This document shows positions 55,881-64,000 of a stretch of 64,000 nucleotides of DNA, piece after piece. Each line of letters starts with the position of its first letter. Position 1 is the stretch's first letter. The translations under genes were made by a program, and so were the position numbers. The notes beneath the pieces are model-generated. The model was not told where the DNA came from, did no database searches, and saw only the letters and a list, made by a program, of their open reading frames with translations. This DNA is from Octopus vulgaris (taxonomy: Eukaryota), in the NCBI GenBank assembly GCA_951406725.2, contig OX597820.1, positions 69,750,001 through 69,814,000 of the forward strand. Reading direction: 5' to 3'.

Positions 55881-56194
55881 CTAATTCTCTAAAATGACAG
55901 CAATTACTCCAACAACACACCATATTCGTTCCTTTGTAAATAAAGCCATTTAAACATTAGAATTCAGAATTTAAACATTAGAAATTTATTGAAAAGAAAT
56001 GAAGATAACACTAAGCAGTCAGTTTACAATTCAACAGATTATATTTGTGAGAATGTGTATGGTCATAGAGTCATGCAATTGTTTGTAAATGTGTATTATG
56101 TAGTAGTGTATATTGGTGCTACCAAGGGCCAGGGGTTAAGAATTTCGCTCAACAATGAGAAGGGCCTGTGGTAAAAGCTCAATCCTTAATTTTC

Positions 56195-56555
56195 CTCTTA
56201 TTTTAATCATTATGCTGCGGCCGCAATGAGGAACGCCTTGAAAGGCTTAGTGGAACAAATCGACTTCCCTACTTATTCTTAAAGTCTGGTACTAATTTTA
56301 TCGGCCTCTTTATCCGAGCAGCTAAATTATAGGGACGTAAACAAACTCAGACCGATTGTCAAGCGTTGAGATAAAACCAATACAGAAGCAGAGACGCACA
56401 CCACACACACACACACATACACACACACACATATGTATATACATATAAGCCGGTACGTGGCTATAGTAGAAGACACTCATCGTGGCACGCAGTGTGATTG
56501 AGCACAAAACCACGTGATTACAAAACGAGCGTCTTAACCATACAGCTATACTTGC
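56195..56555 (-). mobile_element. degenerate SINE family A
   Basis: CTGCGGCCGC..CAAATCGAC..ACGTAAAC..GATTGTCAAGCG..GCTATAGTAGAAGACACT..CACGCAGTG. Confidence 0.7.
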
Positions 56556-57980
56556 AACAATGTGTATTACTTTGGATGATTGTTTCTTGCTATAGACTCA
56601 AATTAATCAAAGCATACTGAATACACTGGAATAGACTGAAGCTTAATGGAAAACAGTTGATTTGCGAGTTAAGGACCCATCCTTGTCACACACTGTATCA
56701 CGTTTCATTTGAACTCAAGATTATGTTGAAAGTACATGTATGGTGTAATGGAGGAATTAGAAAATAAATAAAATATAAATCGCAATACCTTACACATAAC
56801 AGATTCTGTCACCAAATTATTTACAGTGAGCTTTGAACGAATATTTTCAATACTATTTGTCGAAGCCAACTTAGGATGATCCAAATGTGTGTGTGGACGT
56901 TTCCTTTGGGAGGAGTCTATGTGTGTAGATTCATGTAATGCAATGGAGGTTGCACCTGTCACACAATGCATTTATCAATTAGGAAAAGAACTGTTAGATC
57001 TTTATTTTGTTTCACATAAAATCTTCAAATTTTCTCAACAAAAGTATACACGTCACAACTTACCATTCAACCCGCTTCCCATCTTAATTACAGTCGATTT
57101 GTTCTGAAAATCCACAAGAAATTGTTGATGCCTAAAGTTAGGACTATTCCGTAGAGAGACCCTTGTGCAGAAGATAAGGGATCATTTCATTTGTCACTGC
57201 AGTCAAACTTATTGACACGAATAGCTGTTTTCTTTCTCGTTACTAATTTTGCAACTTTGGACTTTCACCAGATTCCTTGGATTTCGGATTTTAAACTTTT
57301 TTTCTTAGACAAATAGTAACAAGAAATATATCTCTTCGAAACTTGCTTCAGAAAAGTATACACTTCACATTAATTTGAATCTCCTTAGATTTTCCATTTT
57401 CTGTATAAAAATAACAGCAAGATAAAATCATTTTTTGACAAACGAATGCCGCTAAGCGAATTTCCCTCGTTAGCTCGTTGGACAAAATGCCTCGCGGCAT
57501 TTCTTCTGGCACTTTATGTTCTAAGTTCTAATACCGCTAAGTTCAACTATCTCTGGGTCGATAAAATAGGTGAGTACAGGGATCGATGTAATCGATCTTT
57601 CCACCTCTCAAAAAATTGCTAACATTGTGTCAAAATTAGAAAGAATATTTGTTGACAGACGAAATTGTTGCAAAGATTTTTTTTTTTTTGCTAACAAAAC
57701 TCATCATTTATCTATTAAAAAAGGGGAAAGTATATATAAAATGTGTCTTTAATACAGGTTCCATTCTCATTTGAACTACTTAAATTCACTTCTCTGCGAT
57801 TCTGTTCTCTGATCAAGGAAATAGACAATTAATCTCTACCATGATGACAATTCTCCCCCACTTCATCCTGCCTTCACTCTACATTAAATGCATTTCTGTG
57901 AATTGGATTCGTGTCCTATTTGAGATTATTCGGCATTTTCATTTTTAGTGATGCATGAGTGATTCAATACTCTAAATTAA

Positions 57981-58572
57981 TAAGGCGGCGAGCTAGCAGA
58001 GTCGTTAGCACGCTGGGCGAAATGCTGAGCGGTATTTCGCCTGCCGTTACGTTCTGAGTTTAAATTCCGCCGAGGTCGACTTTGCCTTTCGTTCTTTCGG
58101 GGTCGATAAATTAAGTACCAGTTACGCACTGGGGTCGATGTAATCGACTTAATCCGTTTGTCTGTCCTTGCTTGTCTCCTCTGTGTTTATCCCCTTGTGA
58201 GTAGTAAAGAAATAGGTATTTCGTCTGCCGCTACGTTCTGAGCTCAAATTCCACCGAGGTTGACTTTGCCTTTCATCCTTTCGGGATCGATTAAATAAGT
58301 ACCTAAGTACCAGTTACGCACTGGGGTCGATATAATCGACTTAATCCGTTTGTCTATCCTTGTTTGTTCTTTCTGTGTTTAACCCCTTGTGGGTAGTAAA
58401 GAAATAGGCATTTCGTCTGCCGCTACGTTCTGAGTCCAAAATCTGCCGAGCTCGACTTTGCCTTTCATTATTTCGGAGTCGATAAATTAAGTACCAGTTG
58501 CATACTGGGGTCGGTCTAATCGAGTGTCTCTCTCCCCAAAAATTTCGGGCCTTCAGCCTAGAGTAGAAAAGA
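57981..58572 (+). mobile_element. SINE family B trimer
   Basis: One head, three units, terminal CCTAGAGTAGAAAAGAAT. Confidence 0.9.
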
Positions 58573-58574
58573 AT

Positions 58575-58945
58575 GGTTGGCACTCCGCTGGTTACGACTA
58601 CGAGGATTCCAGTTGATCTGATCAACGGAACAGCCTACTCGTAAAATTAACGTGCAAGTGGTTGAGCACTCCACAGACACGTGTGCCCTTAGCGTAGCTC
58701 TTGGGGAGATTCAGCGTGACACAGAGTGTGACAAGGCTGGCTCTTTGAAATACAGGTACAACAAAAACAGGAAGAAAGAGTGAGAGAAAGTTGTGGTGAA
58801 AGAGTACAGCTGGGTGCGCTACTATCCCCTGCCGAAGCCTCTTAGAACTTTAGGAGTTTTCGCTCAATAAACAATCACAACACCCGATCTGGGATTCAAA
58901 ACCGCGATCTTACGACCGTGAATCTGCTGCCCTAACCACTGGGCC
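58575..58945 (-). mobile_element. SINE family C, tail type 1
   Basis: Reverse-complement homologue of 30910-31235; tail-to-tail with SINE B. Confidence 0.85.
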
Positions 58946-59022
58946 AGTAGAGAAAAATATCCAAATTTTAATTCAACATTTTATCCGACTCGCTAATAAT
59001 TCTTTCGGCTCGCCGCCTTCTA

Positions 59023-59071
<49 letters not shown>

Positions 59072-59078
59072 CCGACCT

Positions 59079-59119
<41 letters not shown>

Positions 59120-59128
<9 letters not shown>

Positions 59129-59181
59129 GGCGCTCATCTTTTATTGTCCATTTACATACTTCCATCGCATAATGTTGGTAC

Positions 59182-59212
<31 letters not shown>

Positions 59213-59219
59213 CCGACCT

Positions 59220-59269
<50 letters not shown>

Positions 59270-59329
59270 CAACATTATGCGATGGAAGTATGTAAATGGA
59301 CAATAAAAGATGAGCGCCACATAAATTAT
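59120..59329. repeat. about 60-bp inverted duplication around (TA)n
   Basis: 59128-59184 is the reverse complement of 59263-59319; TTTATATACCGACCTTATATA occurs twice (near 59064 and 59205). Confidence 0.9.
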
Positions 59330-59399
59330 GGTTTTCTATTTTGGGCTCACAGTCAGCAATTTTTTTTTTGTGGGAGGTGCATAGTCAGCATTATCGAAA

Positions 59400-60145
59400 T
59401 CCTGCTCAACTGGTACTTATCTTATTGACCCCGAAGGGATAAAAGGAACAGTCTACCTCGACGGAATTTAAACTCGGAACATAAAGAATCTGAAGAAAAG
59501 CCACTAACCATTGTGTCAGCTGCGTTAGAAATTCTGACATTCAGCTGCCTTATTCTATATTTGTGGTACTTTCTACTGTATGGGGGCTGGGAGTTAATGG
59601 GTGATATCGATCCCAGTGTTTAACTGGTACTTATTCTCCTTTCTTTATTACCCATAAGGCGCTAAACATAGAGGGAACAAACAAGGACAGACAAAGGGAT
59701 TAAGTCGATTACATCGACCACAGTGCGCAACTGGTACTTAATGTATCGACCCCGAAAGTATGGAAGGCAAAGTCGACCTCGGCGGAATTTGAACTCAGAA
59801 CGTAGCGGCAGACGAAATACCTATTTCTATTTCTTTACTACCCACAAGGGGCTAAACACAGAGAGGACAAACAAGGACAGACAAACGGATTAAGTAACTG
59901 GTACTTAATTTATCGACCCCGAAAGGATGAAAAGTCAACCTCGGCGGAATTTGAACTCAGAACGTAACGGCCGACGAAATACTGCTAATGTTTCTGCCTA
60001 TTCGCCGCCTTAATTGGTACTTATTCTACCGACCCCGAAATTATAAACAAAACCGACCTCGCCGAAATTTGAACTCTGAACATGAAAAGCTGGAAGTAAC
60101 ACACTTTAGCACTTTGCCCGACTTTCTAACGATTTTGCCAGCGGG
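59400..60145 (-). mobile_element. cluster of family B SINEs (old and young, partly multimeric)
   Basis: Repeated CTGGTACTTA..GACCCCGAA..CCTCGGCGGAATTTGAACTC units. Confidence 0.85.
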
Positions 60146-60164
60146 TCATCTTGCACCATATAAA

Positions 60165-60865
60165 TCTATATATATAAAACTCAACTTGTGTGTCTGTGTA
60201 TGTATCTGTGTGTGTATCTGTGTGTTTAACTTCCCGGCACATCTCCTCCTAGCCAACAAATTGTACAACCACCAAAAATGGGTCACTTAAAGTTTAGGCG
60301 AATGAAAATTTAACTGCGCTATTTCTGTTCCGAAATTCATCTCGCAAGTGCAAAAATCGATAATGTGTTTGTTTAGGCCTTAACCCATGCATTGAATAGT
60401 GAACTTTACTCAGTCAGCAGCTTAACGTGAACTGTGTTCCCCACGCGTGCAAGCATGCGTAAATTGCATGAAAAATAAAAAATCAAGATAAAAAACGAAT
60501 CGCCGTAAACATTGTAGAAATTCGGCAAAGAAATGAATTTTCGGGATGTAGCCCGGAGGGTTTTTTCGTATTAATATATATATATATGTATGTATGAGAG
60601 TATGATAGAAGAAGGCTAACTCTTCCTTCCCTAGAAGAAAAAATTCAAATCGGACCATGTTAACACCAAAAATTATTTACATTAAAAAGGTGCCTTTTTT
60701 CTATGAAAATTCCTATTTTTTACGATGTTTTGACTGCTGTGTCGCCATTTTTCGGTGTATTTCACTTAAAGAGAATAACAAGCTACATACTGCCAAATTT
60801 TTACTTTTCAAAAATTCCAATTCTAAAGGGTCTAAACAAACCGCAACGCCGGGTGATACTGTTAG
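60165..60865 (+). mobile_element. complete non-autonomous Helitron
   Basis: A|TCTATATATATAAAA 5' end with (TGTC/TGTG) tract, 3' GCAACGCCGGGTGATACTGTTAG|T (CTAG variant), A-T insertion site, no TSD. Confidence 0.75.
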
Positions 60866-62102
60866 TAATTAGATAAAATTAAATTTACAGTGAATGTAGC
60901 TTGGATGGGACTGTACTTCGCAAGACAAACTTGCCCAGAATATGGTACATGAAACTGATATCGAATAATGTCCCTTTAGTTCAGTTATGTCCTCCTTCAT
61001 TTGTCATGTAGAATTAGACATTTTTTATTGTCTTCGTCAAAGAATCTAAGACTTTAATTTCGTATTTTCCATGCAAACTTCTTCACAATTTATTTCACTT
61101 ATTCTTTTAGACTCATGTAAAATTGAGTACGATGCAATAATTTCTTAAAAGTTTGATTAACAGCAACGTAGTATTTCTGAAAAGAATTTCGCAAATATAT
61201 AAGTATCGGGTACGTTAGTAATTTATTCGCAAAGAAAATTAATAGGATTTTAACATATCAGTTACATTTCTTTCCAAATAAAATGCCTGGTTTTATCCTC
61301 GTTGACAAAACAAAATATTAGCTATAACAGATAGGAATATATACGGCTTCTCCTACTGACAGAAAGTAGTAAGCATAAGAGAGAAGATTGTGTATACTAT
61401 TTAACAAAGACAAGTGTATGTATGCTACATAACAAAGTAGTGTACACATGGAATTTAAGGTTTTGAGGAATTCTGAAATAGAATATTGTTTTACTTGTTT
61501 ATTTTGTTTTGTCTTTTTAATAACCCTCTCAATGAGCGAAATGAGTACGTCTGCAAATATTAAACGACCAGCTATAGTTCCTCTGTCAATAATCCGTGGC
61601 AACAACGTCCGATTAGCATCGCTAATTTTCTGATTAAATTGCTACGCAAGCCTTTAAAATGTTCGATTGATTGGATATCTTAATCTCATAATCCGATTAA
61701 GAAAGTAAAATGTCGAAGATATACTTCAAAATCCTTTTCACGTTTTCTTTTTTATTATATCTTTTCTTATGTTTAATCGGCACGAACAAATTGATCAAAA
61801 TAGAACTAATATTTGTCGTTACAGAAATATATTTGATTTGATCTTTAGGTCATTTGCGGAAGGTTAAATAGCACTTGATCCTCTAAGTTGATACAACGAT
61901 ACTTTATCTTTTGGAAAACACAATGCCATAACACATTTCTTTCGAAAATATTTCTAAAATGTCATTATCAACTTAAGTAATGCTCTTGTCCATCATAATG
62001 AAGTGATTAGTTATCAAATGTCTGACCTCCAAAATTAATTTCGTGTCAGTTTGAGGTTAGCAATTCTCTCAGTGGTTGATATTTCATTCTTTTCATTTCT
62101 TC

Positions 62103-62488
62103 TTTAGGCACAAGGCCCGAAATTTTGGGGGAGGGAGCCAGTTAATTAAATCGACCGCAGTACGCAACTGGTACTTAATTTTGTCGCCCCGAAAGGATAA
62201 AAGGAAAAGTCTACCTCGGCGGAATTTGAACTCAGAACGTAGAGACTGACGATATATCTATTTCTTTACTAACCACAAGGGGCTAAATACAGAGATGACA
62301 AACAAGGGCAGACAAACGGATTAAGTCGATTATACCGACCCCAGTGCGTAACTGGTACTTATTTAATCGACCCCAAACGGATGAAAGGCAAAGTCGACCA
62401 CGGCGGAATTTGAACTCGGAACGTAACGGCAGACGAAATACTGCTAAGCATTTCGCCCGGCGTGCTAACGTTTCTGCCAGCTCGCCAT
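62103..62488 (-). mobile_element. SINE family B dimer
   Basis: Two units, head ends TCTGCCAGCTCGCC. Confidence 0.9.
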
Positions 62489-62943
62489 GACATTAACTGT
62501 CAAATAGGTGTACCCGCCAAGGCAAGAAATGTACAATAAGAGATAAGAGGAAGTTGAATGAAATAAGCAATCTGGTTTCGAGTCGCGGTGGAAATAAAGT
62601 ATGCATATTTTTAACATTAATGCTCATCGTTTCCTATTGTAACACCACTCTCAGCCTTCGCTACATTTAACTGAGTGTACTCATTTAAACATTCAGGTCA
62701 GGTTTCCACTCTGAGGATAACAAGATATTTCACCGTTTCTTCCACTATTTTCCGGGACTATGCAAAGAGATTATAGGTATTGATGAAGTCATACGAAAGG
62801 CACATTTTTGTAGACTAGTCAACGAACAGTGACTGCAAATCGGATAAGTTTGTATCCTATAATGTTGAGAAACTACGAGTAGTGATGTGAGTATGCCATG
62901 CTTGTATTACACATGCACATACTCCCGTACATATCGCATCATT

Positions 62944-63160
62944 ACTAATATATATAAAAGAAAATGTTTTTTTCCCTCTGTATGCCATGTTATGCATGCC
63001 CAGTGATACATATTAACCGGTTGTAGCATTTTCCAGACCGGAGTAAATGTTTATGCGCATGCCCGAAGACAAAAATTACCGTCAGTGCTATTTGAAATTT
63101 TTTCTTCGCGTATCAATCTTGCGATCTATCCATACAATTTGATTTGCTTTTGAGATATAA
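62944..63160 (+). mobile_element. possible Helitron 5' fragment
   Basis: ACTAATATATATAAAAGAAAATGTT..TCTGTATG start resembles Helitron 5' ends; no 3' end found. Confidence 0.3.
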
Positions 63161-63570
63161 GACATTTAGAAATATTTATTGCATGGTGTTTTCTCTATGT
63201 TGGATATTACGAATATGCAAAAAAATAAAAAAAAGCTTTTCAAATTTAATCCCACCCCCACCCCCAATTTAAAATCTTGATTTTTTTTTTTTTTACTTTA
63301 AAGAGATCGTAGCGAATTGACGAACATAGGCAAAACGAAATCAAATTTAGACAAACACATTTTACTTGTGTATGCCTTAAATAATCGTAAATAATAATTA
63401 AATGCAAATTAAATACACACCATTTTATGAGAAACAAACAATAATATGTTTAATAATTACTGTTAGAAAGTTTAATAAAATGCTCAAATTTCACCCCTCC
63501 CCTAATTTTAAATTTTGGACATTTTCATCTATTTATTTGTCTGTCTATCAATTTATCTCTATCCATTTAT

Positions 63571-64000
<430 letters not shown>

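Overview
AT-rich animal non-coding DNA with no recognisable host protein-coding exon. Almost all ORFs in the supplied track are translations of microsatellites ([15 protein letters not shown]) or of SINEs. The repeat style (dense TA/CA/TACA/ATT/TAGA microsatellites plus several very abundant tRNA-derived SINE families) suggests an octopus/cephalopod intergenic or intronic region; this is inferred, not verified. Contents: about 30 SINE copies in four families, decayed R4/Dong-type LINE fragments, Penelope-like element (PLE) fragments including a GIY-YIG endonuclease remnant, non-autonomous Helitrons, hAT and pogo-like MITEs, an internally deleted RTE, and several fold-back or templated duplications. 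The main signal is a set of hammerhead-ribozyme-like motifs in microsatellite-embedded PLE-type termini. The strongest is a minus-strand structure at 50553-50698 whose hammerhead strands occur in a non-circularly permuted, pseudoknotted order inside a 15-bp closing helix; two truncated family members start about 10 nt downstream of its predicted cleavage site. Others are a minimal hammerhead with a compensatory A3-U8 core behind the GIY-YIG ORF, an inverted hammerhead pair at 5259-5447 and a CUGUAGAA-core variant at 616-657. All structures and family assignments were made by eye, none was computed or tested, and SINE boundaries are approximate.
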